A stretch of DNA of 64,000 bases from a virus. Lineage: Duplodnaviria > Caudoviricetes. Position numbers and translations under genes: made by a program. Of this stretch, positions 9,268-20,064 are shown one piece after another; the stretch's first letter is position 1, and each line of letters starts with the position of its first letter. The notes beneath the pieces were generated by a model. The model was not told the origin of the DNA. It ran no database searches and was given only the letters and a program-made list of their open reading frames with translations. The stretch lies in IMG/VR virus record IMGVR_UViG_3300042691_035162, positions 914 through 64,913 of that record. The stretch is one strand, 5' to 3'.

Positions 9268-10215
9268 TTATCTCCTTACGTACTTAGCGTACTCTTCCAG
9301 TGGGACACCTAATTTTCTTGCAATGGCCACCTCACTAGGTGTGAGTTTGATGGTCCTGCGCCCCGTTTGGCTCGCGGTCGAGCCGCGAGTAGCAGGTGCA
9401 ACACCGGGGGCGTCCACGTTGGTGTTTACCTGAGGTTTCTTAAACTTGTGCGGAAGTTCCTTACGGATCCTCCGATTTAGCTCATCGTAATACTCATCAC
9501 TTGACAAGTCAAACCCTTCTCGTTCTAGCTGGCCGTGGACAGCGTAGGCGACATTGGTCATGACTTCATCTTCCCCAAACCATTCATTTTCATCGGCCCA
9601 TTTCTGCGCCTTTGGATCAATGGCCTGTTGGGCGGCCTGTTGGGGTTGAACGTACTGTGGGGCCGGTTGTACCGCTTCCTGTTTCGGCGCCGCTTGACGT
9701 TGTTGAGCAAGAACGTTGGCTCTTTCCTGCTGCAGGATTAGTTGAGACATGAGCTTTTGGGCCTCTACAACAGCCTTTCCATCTCCACGTTCTACTGCGT
9801 CTTGCAGGTTGGCTTCAGCAATAGCCAGTTGGGAATCCACCCGAGACTTAAACTCAGTCAGATAACCCTCATCCAGGGTTTGAACTCGAGACTGCGCAGT
9901 CTGAAGATTTGCCTGGACTTGACGAGCATAGTCTAAAGCAGCCTGTTCACGACGCTCGGCCTCGCGCAGGCGAGCCGTCATCTTGTCTAAACGCTTCTTA
10001 ACTTTGTCGCTGTAATCCTGGTGCTCCGCAGCATCTGCCTGCTTTTTGGGCGGCGACTGCTCGACAACAGGTTCTTCTACCTGTTTTATCTCAGCTTTGC
10101 CGTCCTCTGTGATCTCAACCTCGGCGCCCTGTTCGCCTTCGCCCAGGTTGAATTCCAGTTGATCATCCCCACTGGGGACCTGTACTTCTTCTTGAACTTC
10201 TTCGTTCTCTGGCAT
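9268..10215 (-). CDS. Scaffolding protein
   Basis: Acidic coiled coil; C-terminal LTPSEVAIARKLGVPLEEYAK; lies between portal and capsid genes. Confidence 0.75.
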   Translation of the reverse strand: MPENEEVQEEVQVPSGDDQLEFNLGEGEQGAEVEITEDGKAEIKQVEEPVVEQSPPKKQADAAEHQDYSDKVKKRLDKMTARLREAERREQAALDYARQVQANLQTAQSRVQTLDEGYLTEFKSRVDSQLAIAEANLQDAVERGDGKAVVEAQKLMSQLILQQERANVLAQQRQAAPKQEAVQPAPQYVQPQQAAQQAIDPKAQKWADENEWFGEDEVMTNVAYAVHGQLEREGFDLSSDEYYDELNRRIRKELPHKFKKPQVNTNVDAPGVAPATRGSTASQTGRRTIKLTPSEVAIARKLGVPLEEYAKYVRR

Positions 10216-10226
10216 GGTATTTCTCC

Positions 10227-10673
10227 TTAAACCATGTGCGCGATGTCTTCTGGGTCAGAAATCTTCGCCAGAACCTCATCGTCGTTTAAAATTCGGATCT
10301 CTCCGCCATCAATGCCAATCCTAGCCCCGGCATACCGGCCAAAGACAATCCAATCACCTTTCTGGCACCACGGACCCTCAGGAAACTTCTCCTTATCGGC
10401 ATAGGCCAAAGGCCCTGTAGCTACAACGTAGCCACAAACCGTAGCGATTTGTTGCCTTTCTACGGCCTGGTCCGCCAGAACAATCCCGCCCTTAGACTTC
10501 TTGGGGGGACGGAACGGCAAAACCACAATCCGCCAGCCAGTGGGCTTAGGGATACGGTCCAGCACACTAGCGTCCATGTTCTCAGGGCGTAGTTGCTGTT
10601 CGTCCTCCTGCACCTTCTGCTCGGCAGACCGTTCTTCGGCCCACTTCTTTTGCAAAGCAGTCATTTCAGTCAT
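10227..10673 (-). CDS. groES: GroES-like co-chaperonin
   Basis: PTGWRIVV...KSKGGIVL...VVATGP...GDWIVFGRYAG...ILNDDEVLA Cpn10 pattern. Confidence 0.85.
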   Translation of the reverse strand: MTEMTALQKKWAEERSAEQKVQEDEQQLRPENMDASVLDRIPKPTGWRIVVLPFRPPKKSKGGIVLADQAVERQQIATVCGYVVATGPLAYADKEKFPEGPWCQKGDWIVFGRYAGARIGIDGGEIRILNDDEVLAKISDPEDIAHMV

Positions 10674-10717
10674 TTATTTCTCCGTTATTGCGCGGTATCC
10701 ACCGCGAAGGTTAGCTT

Positions 10718-10903
10718 TTACTCACTTTCTAATTTCTTCAGTATCTCCGTCATGCGGTCTTCGACCATTTGCAAGCCCCGGACCTCACCCACCAAACCTT
10801 GGTAGTGCTCCTGGTTCTTGACCCCGCCATAAATCATTGCCTCACCGATCTCGTGTTTACGAGATCGGATGAGTTTGTAGAGTTGCTCGACTAGGTTTTC
10901 CAT
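10718..10903 (-). CDS. Hypothetical protein
   Basis: 61 aa, YQGLVGEVRGL; coupled to the upstream gene. Confidence 0.6.
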   Translation of the reverse strand: MENLVEQLYKLIRSRKHEIGEAMIYGGVKNQEHYQGLVGEVRGLQMVEDRMTEILKKLESE

Positions 10904-11196
10904 CAGCAGATTTTGCAGCCCTTAGTGGGACGCGCGGCACCCTGTCCGCGTACTTTCACCATGCCGCCTGACTTGTAGCCGGCGTAGTTGTATGCCTCAC
11001 CCTCTTTAGCCTCCTGGGGGACAGACTCGCGGACCTTTTCCGCAGCCTTCATTTCGTCCCTGGCAGATTTTGCCATAGTTGTGGAGATCTTAGACCAGAC
11101 ATCTTTTTCGCCTTGGATCCCACTTTCCATCATGGAACGTGCTTTATCCAATTTGGCGGTTTCTTTAGCGGTAGGGGTACGATATTTATTGCGCAT
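10903..11196 (-). CDS. Small protein with YKSGG motif
   Basis: 97 aa; AGGAG RBS. Confidence 0.6.
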   Translation of the reverse strand: MRNKYRTPTAKETAKLDKARSMMESGIQGEKDVWSKISTTMAKSARDEMKAAEKVRESVPQEAKEGEAYNYAGYKSGGMVKVRGQGAARPTKGCKIC

Positions 11197-11205
11197 TTTG
11201 CTCTC

Positions 11206-11445
11206 CTAGCAAATTTTCACTTTACGGTCGGCATCCTTGCGTTTGACGTATCGAACTTCCCCGCCAGTAGCCATCTTCTTGGATTTTCCAGCGGTCGAAA
11301 GCGCAATTGCCACGGCCTGTTTAACGGCCTTCTTCTCGCTGGTGGGTTTACTGGTACCAATAGACCCAGTCTTTTTAAACTTCCGAACCATCTCAGAGAT
11401 ATTCCCAGAGATGGTCTTCTGACTACTGCCTTTTTTGAGTGGCAT
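11206..11445 (-). CDS. Small basic protein
   Basis: [18 protein letters not shown]...QAVAIALS. Confidence 0.6.
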   Translation of the reverse strand: MPLKKGSSQKTISGNISEMVRKFKKTGSIGTSKPTSEKKAVKQAVAIALSTAGKSKKMATGGEVRYVKRKDADRKVKIC

Positions 11446-13855
11446 TCTGAACCCCCATCTGTTGTAGTCGCATTAAAGTGAGATCGGCCTTTTGATCGGC
11501 GATATCTTCCTGGGATTGAATTTTAGCGGCAGTTTCTGCCGCACGCTGCTGTAATTGCTGGGCCTGCAGGCCAATCTTCTGCTGGTCATTCTGCGCAATC
11601 TGCTGGTCTCGGGCTGCCCGTTGTGCCAGTTCCTGCTCCTTGAGCTGAACCAGTGGATCAGGTGCGCCAGCACCAGACAGTTGTGAGGACAGTTGCCGCA
11701 GTTCTCCCATTCCCTGGGCCACGAGCATGGCAACCATTGCCTCTTTCTGGATGTCGGACACCATGCCCCGGTTCTCCGGGCCGTACTCCGTGAAGATCTG
11801 TGCCTCGACCTGTTCCTCCGCCTTCAGGCGCACGTGCTCGAGGATGTGCTTAGTCAGATTCATAGCAGCTAGGGGATTACCCTGAACGATCGGGCTCATT
11901 CCCTGGAGCATGTGGCTCATTATGTGAGCGTCATGCTGCTGACCAGCAAAGGCCTTAAGCTTCTTGCCGTCAATCGCATCAGCGTTCTCAGTTGCCGGAT
12001 CCTTGGGCTTGGGCTCTTGCGTATCGTCGTAGTTCAGGATCATGTCGATATCCCGAACTCCCAGTGCATCGTACATGCGGCGATAGGCCTCGTACATGTT
12101 GTGCATCTGCGGTGCAGACTGGGCCAGTTGTAACTGGGTCTGGGCCATCATGATCCGTTGGGACGTCGAGTAAATGTTCGGGTCTGCCACGGGCAGCACG
12201 TCAACACGCTCATCAAAATCCTCGCGGAAGATCTTCCGATCGCCACCCTCTACTTCGTACGGATACTCATCTGGCAAGTACTTGGCAAAGCACTTTGCCA
12301 TCAATTCAAACTCAAGCTTCTGCGCATAGTGCAGCCGCTTGTGGATACCAGACATTACGTTGGCGCCCTTTTCCATTAGCGCCATGGTCGTACCTACGGC
12401 AGCCTGCTGGTTGCCATCACCCACCTGCATGTCAGCAATGCTTGCCAGGCGACGTCCACTGTCAATACAGAAACCCATCAAGGTAAATAGCGTCTGACTT
12501 GGCTCCTTGTACGGCAGGGGCAGTAGCGACGAGGCCAGGTCCGCGCCACCCGCATCAATGTCCCGCCACTCGCCAGGCTGCAGCGGATTGTCGTCATCCG
12601 CGATCCGCAAACCCCGTGCTTTAAACCCAGCCGGCAGGTTAGACAGCGTTCCAGCGTCCAACAACTGACGCAATGCGGACGTCGCTGCCCGGTTCAGGTT
12701 ACCAATCAGGTGAATCAGACCATAGCCCATGCACCCCGGACCTGGTAGGAACATGTAATGAACGTAGTACTGCTCAGGGCAGCACGTCTCATCTTCCTCG
12801 GCCCAGTTACGATAGATCGACAGCACCTTGCCGCTGTCCTTGTCCACGGTAATGATGTATGGCTTCTTAATTCCGTTCTTGTCCTTAAAGCCCGGAACGT
12901 CATACAGAATGTGGGCCTCAAGCAGGGTGTACTCTTCATCCATGTAGCCAGGAGTCTGGCCAGAAACTTTGTCTTCTCCGTCCGTAATCGGAGTCTCGCG
13001 GGGAGTTACGGCGCCACTTTCAAGGTTGATATCGCGGTAAGTGCCGTTGACCTGCGCCTTGCGCAGATCGTTCTTGGACATCGGAACCACCTGGATGCAG
13101 CGCTCGTTCTCCCACGGATTGCTTGAACCGTGGTACGGCATCACAAAGTTATCCGGCACAATGAACGGCGACACACAGCGCTTTTTATTCTTGTCGAAGT
13201 AAACCTTCTTGAAGGCCGACCCACCATAGCCCACGTACCACAGCATCTGGTCGTAGTCGGGGGTGTATTCCTTCATTACCGTCGTAATCTGGTAGTTCAT
13301 GAAATCTTTGACGCGGTTGGCCTGGGCTTCACGCTTGCGGTTGCTGGCGCCCATCACGTGCGTGCGCACGGGCCCGCCCGCAGGCATGAGTTCTTTCATG
13401 GCCTGGGCAGAAAACTGTGTAATTGCCTCGGTCAACAGCGGAACAGATACCCCGGCCGCACCACGGAAAGGCTTTGTACGAACGTCGTACTGAAACCCAA
13501 GATTCTTAAACCCTTCTGAGTAGGTACGCTCCCACTCTTCGCGAGAGGCAACGTCCGAATCAAAATACTCCAGGATTTCGCTGCCGATCATGGCCAAATC
13601 GTCATCGCTAAGTTTCTCGGCTAGGTTTTGACGATGTTTGGTTTCAATCTCGTCTTCTTCCTCTTCGCCCATCGTGATCGTAGCGCCACCTTCCTCGTCA
13701 ATCTCTACATTGACAAGTTCTTCATCGGTCTCAGGGTCCTTGGCCTCAATCTCTACCTCAACGCCGCCGCCTTCAGCCAATTCGACCATGGGCTCAGTAG
13801 CCATCAAAGATTTTTCGATGTTGTTAGCAGTTGAGTTTTTCTTTCTTTTAGCCAT
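11423..13855 (-). CDS. Portal protein
   Basis: 810 aa, [26 protein letters not shown]; Q-rich C-terminal coiled coil (P22-like portal barrel); position in the head module. Confidence 0.85.
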   Translation of the reverse strand: MAKRKKNSTANNIEKSLMATEPMVELAEGGGVEVEIEAKDPETDEELVNVEIDEEGGATITMGEEEEDEIETKHRQNLAEKLSDDDLAMIGSEILEYFDSDVASREEWERTYSEGFKNLGFQYDVRTKPFRGAAGVSVPLLTEAITQFSAQAMKELMPAGGPVRTHVMGASNRKREAQANRVKDFMNYQITTVMKEYTPDYDQMLWYVGYGGSAFKKVYFDKNKKRCVSPFIVPDNFVMPYHGSSNPWENERCIQVVPMSKNDLRKAQVNGTYRDINLESGAVTPRETPITDGEDKVSGQTPGYMDEEYTLLEAHILYDVPGFKDKNGIKKPYIITVDKDSGKVLSIYRNWAEEDETCCPEQYYVHYMFLPGPGCMGYGLIHLIGNLNRAATSALRQLLDAGTLSNLPAGFKARGLRIADDDNPLQPGEWRDIDAGGADLASSLLPLPYKEPSQTLFTLMGFCIDSGRRLASIADMQVGDGNQQAAVGTTMALMEKGANVMSGIHKRLHYAQKLEFELMAKCFAKYLPDEYPYEVEGGDRKIFREDFDERVDVLPVADPNIYSTSQRIMMAQTQLQLAQSAPQMHNMYEAYRRMYDALGVRDIDMILNYDDTQEPKPKDPATENADAIDGKKLKAFAGQQHDAHIMSHMLQGMSPIVQGNPLAAMNLTKHILEHVRLKAEEQVEAQIFTEYGPENRGMVSDIQKEAMVAMLVAQGMGELRQLSSQLSGAGAPDPLVQLKEQELAQRAARDQQIAQNDQQKIGLQAQQLQQRAAETAAKIQSQEDIADQKADLTLMRLQQMGVQNATQKRQ

Positions 13856-16800
13856 TATGCTGCCCGATCATATAAGGGTTTATCGACTATGCCGCCTTTA
13901 GCGAACCCTTCTGGGGCATCGACATAGCGAAGTTCTTTGGAAATATTAAACGGAATATCTTCCGGGGTTGTTTTGTTAATAAAGGCTTTTAGTTGGGGCA
14001 AGTAGTCTTCCGGCGTAACGTTAGAGGTCAACGGACCATTACCTTGCGCTTGCCGCATAGAAAACTTACCTGACTTTTCGCCCTTGACCATTTCAACGTT
14101 AGTTACAGGCATTCCGTTCTTGTCGTATAAAACAAATAATTCTACATTCCCGTCTTCCAAGGCTTTTCGGCCATTATTAAACGGGCCATATGACCCGTAA
14201 TTGGCATATCCCTTGATGGAATTATCTAATACCGCAGACTGAATCAAAGTTGCATCTGGATCAACTATTTTTCTCCAGGTTGACCCGTCTGGCAGCTCTT
14301 GGAATACCTCTGTACCAAAAGCAAGTGCTTCAGGATCTACAAACTTATTGTTTTTTATGCTTTCTTGAATTTCATCCGCGCGAGCTTCTAGTGTTTTTTG
14401 TTTTACCGCAAGTTTTGATGCTCTAGAAACAAACGTAGCAAAATTAATGTCTTTTAATTCTTGCGTACTCATTTTACCGGCTTGTCTAGCCAGATCTTTT
14501 ATGTCGTACCCAAAAAAGTCCATGTAACCACTACTGATGTCGAGTAGTGGTTGCCCTCGTTTCAACGCCTCGAGTTCGTTTTTGCTTAAATTTTCAGTAG
14601 CGTACCTTCCGTACAGTCCTTCGTACCGAGCAATGTCAGAAGGATTTACGTTTTCAGCATTTATGTTTATAAGTTTTGAAATCTTTGGCTCTAGAACAAC
14701 AGAGAAGTACTCCGGGTTATTTTTTAACCGGGTGCGAATATCTGCTACGTCTGCTGGATCTTTGTTTGTTAGTTTAGACAACAGGTCATCCGGTATTAAC
14801 TCGGGGTGTTGCTTAAACTGAGCCAAAATATTTTGTTTAATGCTTTGGCTCATACGCTCGGTTTCTGCGTAAGGCTCTGCAATATCTTCTTTTGCCAAAT
14901 TAATTTGACGGATTCCAAGCATTTGGTCATACCGACGCTCTAGGTCCCGCATAGCACTGATATCGCCAGATTCTGCTTCCCTAATAAGGTACTTTGGAAA
15001 CAACTCTTCCCCTACTTCGCCTGGCATCTTAATCCGCCCGGCTATCATTTCTTTCTTTAACTCATCACTAATACTTCCTGCTCGTTTCTCAAAAAAGTCT
15101 CGTGCTTTTTTGTTAAACATCTCTGCAGCAGCCGTAGCTTTTTCCACATCTCCGCCAGCGGATTCCATCGCCTCCGTGGCGCCACGACTAATAAGCCTAG
15201 ATAGTTGGCTTCCCTCGCTAGTGAAGAATGTTCCGCCAGGGGCGCGGGAAATTGCGGGGGCCCCGGCTTGCATGATGCTCTTTTGGTTGAGCACGAAGTC
15301 CATCATCTGCTCTTTGGTAGCTTCCGGGTTGCCAGTAATCTTCCTAAACGTGGGCAACGTCATCTTCTCGACGCCTTTTTCGATCCCTGCAATGCCTTGT
15401 CTTGCCGCTGCCCCCACTGGGTATGGGCGTTGCAACTGCACTTGGGGCAGTGCTGCATCGAGTTTGTATTCTTGGGCAAGCCTGCCAACGTTTTGGAGAG
15501 TCTCTTGGCCAGCCTCAGTACGCGGCTCGTACATGAACCGGCTTGGTGACACTTCTTTTGCGGGAACGCCACGCAGTACGTCATAAGCAATGGAGGCCGG
15601 AGCAGTCAGGCCGGACAACGCACTTAGTGCTGTCTCACCAGCCCCGATTAATTGCTGGCCGGGTGTGAAAGTAGGTTGAGGTACGGGCGCATCACGGACC
15701 ACTCTTCCCTGCACATCCACCTGCGGCACTTCACTAATGGACGGCGCTCTCCGATTTACCTCGCCGCCGTCTTTGAACAGGCGCTTACCGCCTTCGGTTG
15801 CGGCAGTGCTAAGTAGGTTTCTGTAAAGCATGCTGTTGAAGTCCATACCGGGGAACAAGTACATCCCGCCTATGGTGCCCGCCATACCCAGAAATGCGCC
15901 TAAGCCATCATCATCTTTATCCGGCACGCGGTAAAACGGGTTTGGCTGCGCATCGATACCAAGCACCGACTCTTCTGGGGCGTAGTTGGTGCCGTACTTT
16001 GTGTTGTAGTCGCGTACAGCCTGGATGTATTGCTGGTCGAGAGCCAGCTTTTGGTTCTGGGCATCAATGTCCGCGTTCCACGGACGATTGATCATCGTGC
16101 CAAAACGCTGCTGGTGTAACGGAGCCCAGGCCCCGTATGTCTCCCCCCATGTTGGCATAGGTGTGCCCGCTTTAGGTATGCCGGCACCGTACTTCGCATC
16201 CCACTCGGCCTGCTGCCGCGCGGTTTCTTTTTGCAGTTCACTCAGTTGATTGAGTGCATTTTCTTGGCTGGTCGTAGCTAGGTTGACGGGCTGGCCAAAC
16301 TGCTTCTCGTGGAGTTTGTTCCACAGCGCCCCAACACCTTCGAGTGTCGGGCGAGCAGTCAGTGCCGTCGCTTCGCGGTACCGACGCTGCACCTCGGGCA
16401 TCGTCACGCCAGTTACGCGGGATACTTGTTCCTGCGAAACGTTGTACTTGTTCATCGCCTCGGCAATCTGCCGATCCGTTAGCTCGGGCCTTTCCTTTAG
16501 GTACCGGGACACCTGTTCATCGCTAAACTTTTTTGCTTCGCCACCTTCGGCAAACCTCACGGGCATGCGCGGGACGGGTCTTCGCTTTGGCTCGCTCTCT
16601 TCTTGCGCTTTTGCCATGATCGCAAACGGATCTACCGTCTTTTCCGACGGCGCAAGGATCGAACCAATCTTTGTTCTCGTGCTGGAGGCTCCGGAACCGC
16701 CATCTTCAGACTGTATTTCCTCTAACAACTTCATCGCCTGGTCTGTTACCGACTCTTTTTCGGTATCACCAAGATAATTCGCAGCCAGAGCCATGCGATA

Positions 16801-17250
16801 ACTTTCCGGCAACTGATTCGCAGACGCTACTTGGACCGTGGGCCGTGGTCCGGGTGCCTTGGTGGGTGCTTGAGCAGTCGAGACTTGCGTAAAATGGCTC
16901 AAGGACCTCGGACCACCCTCCATCTCTATCATCGCACGCTGCAAATCCCCGATTCTTTCTGCAGGGACCACGGACGACGGATCAAGGCCCGTCTTCTTGG
17001 CGACAAAATCGATGTAATTGCTTGTTTTGTTCTCGGACGGAGGTGCGTATTTGTTCAAAAAGGCAGAAAGAGTCAACCCGCGCTCTTGCGTGTCGAGTTC
17101 GATCTGTCTTTGCATGGCAGATAGTCCTGCTTCGGGAGTTTCAAAGCGAGCAAAGCCGCCTTCTCCTGGCGTAGCCCCCGGTTGATTAGCAAACCGCAGG
17201 TTTCCAGGATTATTGTTTCGTATGGATAGCGGTTCTTTGCTAACTGACAT
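13855..17250 (-). CDS. Large virion-associated multidomain protein (N-terminal lysozyme-like NNPGN domain, C-terminal degenerate PcfJ-like region)
   Basis: IRNNNPGNLR...GFARFETPEAG...KYAPPSEN; three FxxGG motifs; C-terminal LFVLYDKNGMPVTNVEM...QAQGNG. Confidence 0.6.
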   Translation of the reverse strand: MSVSKEPLSIRNNNPGNLRFANQPGATPGEGGFARFETPEAGLSAMQRQIELDTQERGLTLSAFLNKYAPPSENKTSNYIDFVAKKTGLDPSSVVPAERIGDLQRAMIEMEGGPRSLSHFTQVSTAQAPTKAPGPRPTVQVASANQLPESYRMALAANYLGDTEKESVTDQAMKLLEEIQSEDGGSGASSTRTKIGSILAPSEKTVDPFAIMAKAQEESEPKRRPVPRMPVRFAEGGEAKKFSDEQVSRYLKERPELTDRQIAEAMNKYNVSQEQVSRVTGVTMPEVQRRYREATALTARPTLEGVGALWNKLHEKQFGQPVNLATTSQENALNQLSELQKETARQQAEWDAKYGAGIPKAGTPMPTWGETYGAWAPLHQQRFGTMINRPWNADIDAQNQKLALDQQYIQAVRDYNTKYGTNYAPEESVLGIDAQPNPFYRVPDKDDDGLGAFLGMAGTIGGMYLFPGMDFNSMLYRNLLSTAATEGGKRLFKDGGEVNRRAPSISEVPQVDVQGRVVRDAPVPQPTFTPGQQLIGAGETALSALSGLTAPASIAYDVLRGVPAKEVSPSRFMYEPRTEAGQETLQNVGRLAQEYKLDAALPQVQLQRPYPVGAAARQGIAGIEKGVEKMTLPTFRKITGNPEATKEQMMDFVLNQKSIMQAGAPAISRAPGGTFFTSEGSQLSRLISRGATEAMESAGGDVEKATAAAEMFNKKARDFFEKRAGSISDELKKEMIAGRIKMPGEVGEELFPKYLIREAESGDISAMRDLERRYDQMLGIRQINLAKEDIAEPYAETERMSQSIKQNILAQFKQHPELIPDDLLSKLTNKDPADVADIRTRLKNNPEYFSVVLEPKISKLININAENVNPSDIARYEGLYGRYATENLSKNELEALKRGQPLLDISSGYMDFFGYDIKDLARQAGKMSTQELKDINFATFVSRASKLAVKQKTLEARADEIQESIKNNKFVDPEALAFGTEVFQELPDGSTWRKIVDPDATLIQSAVLDNSIKGYANYGSYGPFNNGRKALEDGNVELFVLYDKNGMPVTNVEMVKGEKSGKFSMRQAQGNGPLTSNVTPEDYLPQLKAFINKTTPEDIPFNISKELRYVDAPEGFAKGGIVDKPLYDRAA

Positions 17251-17252
17251 GC

Positions 17253-18719
17253 TCAGTAGTACTCATGAACGGTGGGCCCGACCTCTTCGTCAAGAAAGTC
17301 ACTCGGCAACTGAAGAAAATTGCCTTGTCGAAACCGTATTACCGCCTGAACTGCTGAGTCTGTCAAGTCATCATGCTCGCCATACGGAAATTCAGCCATC
17401 TCTTCAACAAGTTCCTCGGCCCATGTTTCGTCAGGGGCCCACACGAACCCCGCTTCGAAGACCGGAGAGACAGAGTTTGCTCGACTGATCTTGTCAGTCC
17501 CCGATCTTCGACCCCCAGGTGAGTAATTTACGACCGGAATTCCTGTGCGACGCAACTCTTGGGTGAGCGGAAGCCCACTTGCCTTCGCTTCGATCAACAC
17601 ACAGTCCGGATCCCAGAACTTATACAGTTCCATCGCCTGTCGTTTTAGCTCCGGAAAGTCCCATCGACCCTTTTTCGCGTCCAAAAGTATCAAGTGATCC
17701 TCTTCTCCCTCCACCGGAGTGAACACGCCCCACGTAGTTATGGCAGAAAAGTCCGCTGTTTCCTTCTTTGAGTACGCCGTATCGTAACTTTGGATCACAT
17801 AACTCAGTTTTGGCACGTGTTGGCGGTCCCAAACCTTCCACCATTCACGCTTAAAGATCGCTCCTTCCTCGGCAGTCGGGTTTTGCATCCACTGCGCGTT
17901 CCAGTTTGACACCGGAAGGGCCGCCTTCACGCGGAGCAAGTCCTCGACTTTCCAAAATTCCGGCCAACAGGGGTTGCCAGACGGCATAATTGCTGGAAAT
18001 TCAATGACTTCCCACTGATCGGACACCGGATTTTTTGCCTGGTCCTGCAAAACTCGTCCGGTCAAGTCTACTTTTGACCAACGGGTCATAACCAGAAGGA
18101 TTCGGCCGCCCGGCTGCAGACGCTGACGGGGTCCCGCCACGTACCAGTCGTAGCAATTCTCCATCGCGGTTTCTGATAATGCGTCTTGTTCCGAGTGCGG
18201 ATCGTCAATGACCAGAAAGTCAGCACCACGACCAGTCATCGCACCGCCCACACCAGCCGCAAAATACTCGCCGCCCTTGTTCGTCTCCCATCGGCCAGCC
18301 GCCTTCGAGTCCGCCGCCAGATTCACTTCGGGGAAAATCTCCTTGTAGGCTTCAGAGTCCATTAGGTTTCGGACCTTTCGGCCAAACCGCTGCGCCAGTT
18401 CGCCCGTGTGCGTAGCTTGAATGATCTTGGAGTCCGGTTTTTGGCCCATGAGCCAAGCCAGGAAAAGATAGGACGTCAGTTCAGACTTCCCGTGACGCGG
18501 TGCAATATTAATAATTACCCGCTTTAGGTCGCCACGGACAAGCTTTTCAAACTTCTCGGCCATGATCTTGTGGTGCGGGCCACAGATAAACCCCGGCCAC
18601 ACGTACCGTACAAAATCCAAAAAGTTATTTCGAGCCTTTTCCCTGGCTTCTATCTGGGCTAGTCGAAGTTCTAGCTTCAGTATTTCTTCTTCCGGCGTGG
18701 ATTGTTCCACGTTGAACAT
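17253..18719 (-). CDS. terL: Terminase large subunit
   Basis: Walker A APRHGKS, Walker B LVIDDPH, nuclease motifs SYDTA and HDDLTD. Confidence 0.93.
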   Translation of the reverse strand: MFNVEQSTPEEEILKLELRLAQIEAREKARNNFLDFVRYVWPGFICGPHHKIMAEKFEKLVRGDLKRVIINIAPRHGKSELTSYLFLAWLMGQKPDSKIIQATHTGELAQRFGRKVRNLMDSEAYKEIFPEVNLAADSKAAGRWETNKGGEYFAAGVGGAMTGRGADFLVIDDPHSEQDALSETAMENCYDWYVAGPRQRLQPGGRILLVMTRWSKVDLTGRVLQDQAKNPVSDQWEVIEFPAIMPSGNPCWPEFWKVEDLLRVKAALPVSNWNAQWMQNPTAEEGAIFKREWWKVWDRQHVPKLSYVIQSYDTAYSKKETADFSAITTWGVFTPVEGEEDHLILLDAKKGRWDFPELKRQAMELYKFWDPDCVLIEAKASGLPLTQELRRTGIPVVNYSPGGRRSGTDKISRANSVSPVFEAGFVWAPDETWAEELVEEMAEFPYGEHDDLTDSAVQAVIRFRQGNFLQLPSDFLDEEVGPTVHEYY

Positions 18720-19095
18720 TTAGGTGTCCCTTTCTGCGTGCGCTGAGTCACGTTGTAGCGGCGAAGCATACGACCAAGTTTTAAATTTTGCAAAAAATTT
18801 TTGGGGAAATCGGTTTTAAAAACAAGGGGGTGGGTTTCAAGTGGTTAAGTTTTGACCACCTGGCTGGCTGCCGGAAACTGGGCTAAAGGGGCAAAGCCAG
18901 TGAAGCCGGGTGGGTTGCAGAGCGAAGCAAGGAGCGAAGCGGGAAAGCGAAGCCAAACTGTCAGGGACTCCAAGGTGTTAAAGCGGGCCCGCCCACCCCC
19001 GCCTTCCTCCAGGGAAAGACTGGATAAAATCGCGTGTCAATTATTTTCTTCCTATCCCCACTGCAGTGGGGATAGATAAATAGTATTGGACAGAG

Positions 19096-19125
19096 AATAA
19101 AAAAGCCCGGGCCACGGCCCGGGCT
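19096..19125 (-). terminator. Rho-independent terminator
   Basis: AGCCCGGGCC/GGCCCGGGCT inverted repeat followed by TTTTTATT on the minus strand, after the stop at 19152. Confidence 0.8.
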
Positions 19126-19151
19126 CTGCTGCTTGCGCAGCCAGGAGAGAA

Positions 19152-19952
19152 CTAAGCCTCGATCAACGCATCAGCAGCACGCCATAGCTGATCATTAACT
19201 CGGGCATCATCGGAGACTGAGCGCAGCACTCGCGTGCTGGACTGTCGGTTGGGCCGGTTCAGGTTAACCCCGCCTTTAATTACGTTTTCCTGAATCCGGT
19301 TTAATACGGTCCACAGTGAGTTGCCCGCATCCTCGAAGCGGCGGCCGATCAACAGGTCCGTGTGCTTGAGACCGGCGGGCCGGTCATTACCCCAGCGGAT
19401 CTGCGCTGCGGTCTCGGCCAGACCGGATTGCTCAATCGGGGATAATACGCGGTCCATGAACCGGCGCACACGGTCCTCGATGTGATCGATCTGACCCATG
19501 AACCCGATCGACTGATCCCCGACAATCTGGGCGGCATTCGATCGATGGGCCACGGACACCTGACCAAGCACGCTGTCGGAGATGATCAGGCCATTACAGC
19601 AGACCATTCGGAACAGGCCCAGCCACAGCTTGAACCCGCTGCTGCCGTCATGAGAATTCATGAGCACAACCTCAGGCACAGTCTGCCCGACTACCGTCGG
19701 CGCGTACTGGGGACGGAAGCGGATCAAGTGCTTGGCAAATTGTCGGTTGTCCTGATTGCGGGACAGAGTCTGTCCCGCGAAGACCGGGACTAAGCCCCGG
19801 GACCGGACTTCCTCGACTACATCGATCGTCGGCACGAAGCCATAGCGGGCCGATACTTTATCGGCGGGTTCTACTGCGAAGATACTCGGAGCGATCTTCA
19901 TTAATTGATCATTCGAGAATCCGGTTTCACTGCGGTGTTGTGTATAAGCCAT
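19152..19952 (-). CDS. DUF932-family protein
   Basis: APSIFA...VSARYGFVPT...KHLIRFR...NSHDGSS...LFRMVCCNGL...LWTVLNRIQENVIKGG. Confidence 0.85.
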   Translation of the reverse strand: MAYTQHRSETGFSNDQLMKIAPSIFAVEPADKVSARYGFVPTIDVVEEVRSRGLVPVFAGQTLSRNQDNRQFAKHLIRFRPQYAPTVVGQTVPEVVLMNSHDGSSGFKLWLGLFRMVCCNGLIISDSVLGQVSVAHRSNAAQIVGDQSIGFMGQIDHIEDRVRRFMDRVLSPIEQSGLAETAAQIRWGNDRPAGLKHTDLLIGRRFEDAGNSLWTVLNRIQENVIKGGVNLNRPNRQSSTRVLRSVSDDARVNDQLWRAADALIEA

Positions 19953-20064
19953 TTTAATTCTCCTGTATAAAGCGGCTCGGGAATCGTGCCGCTGGAATAA
20001 TTAGAGCATTATTCCAGTATTGAGTCAAGCAAAATAATCCCGGCCCCTACTAATAGAATCAATA

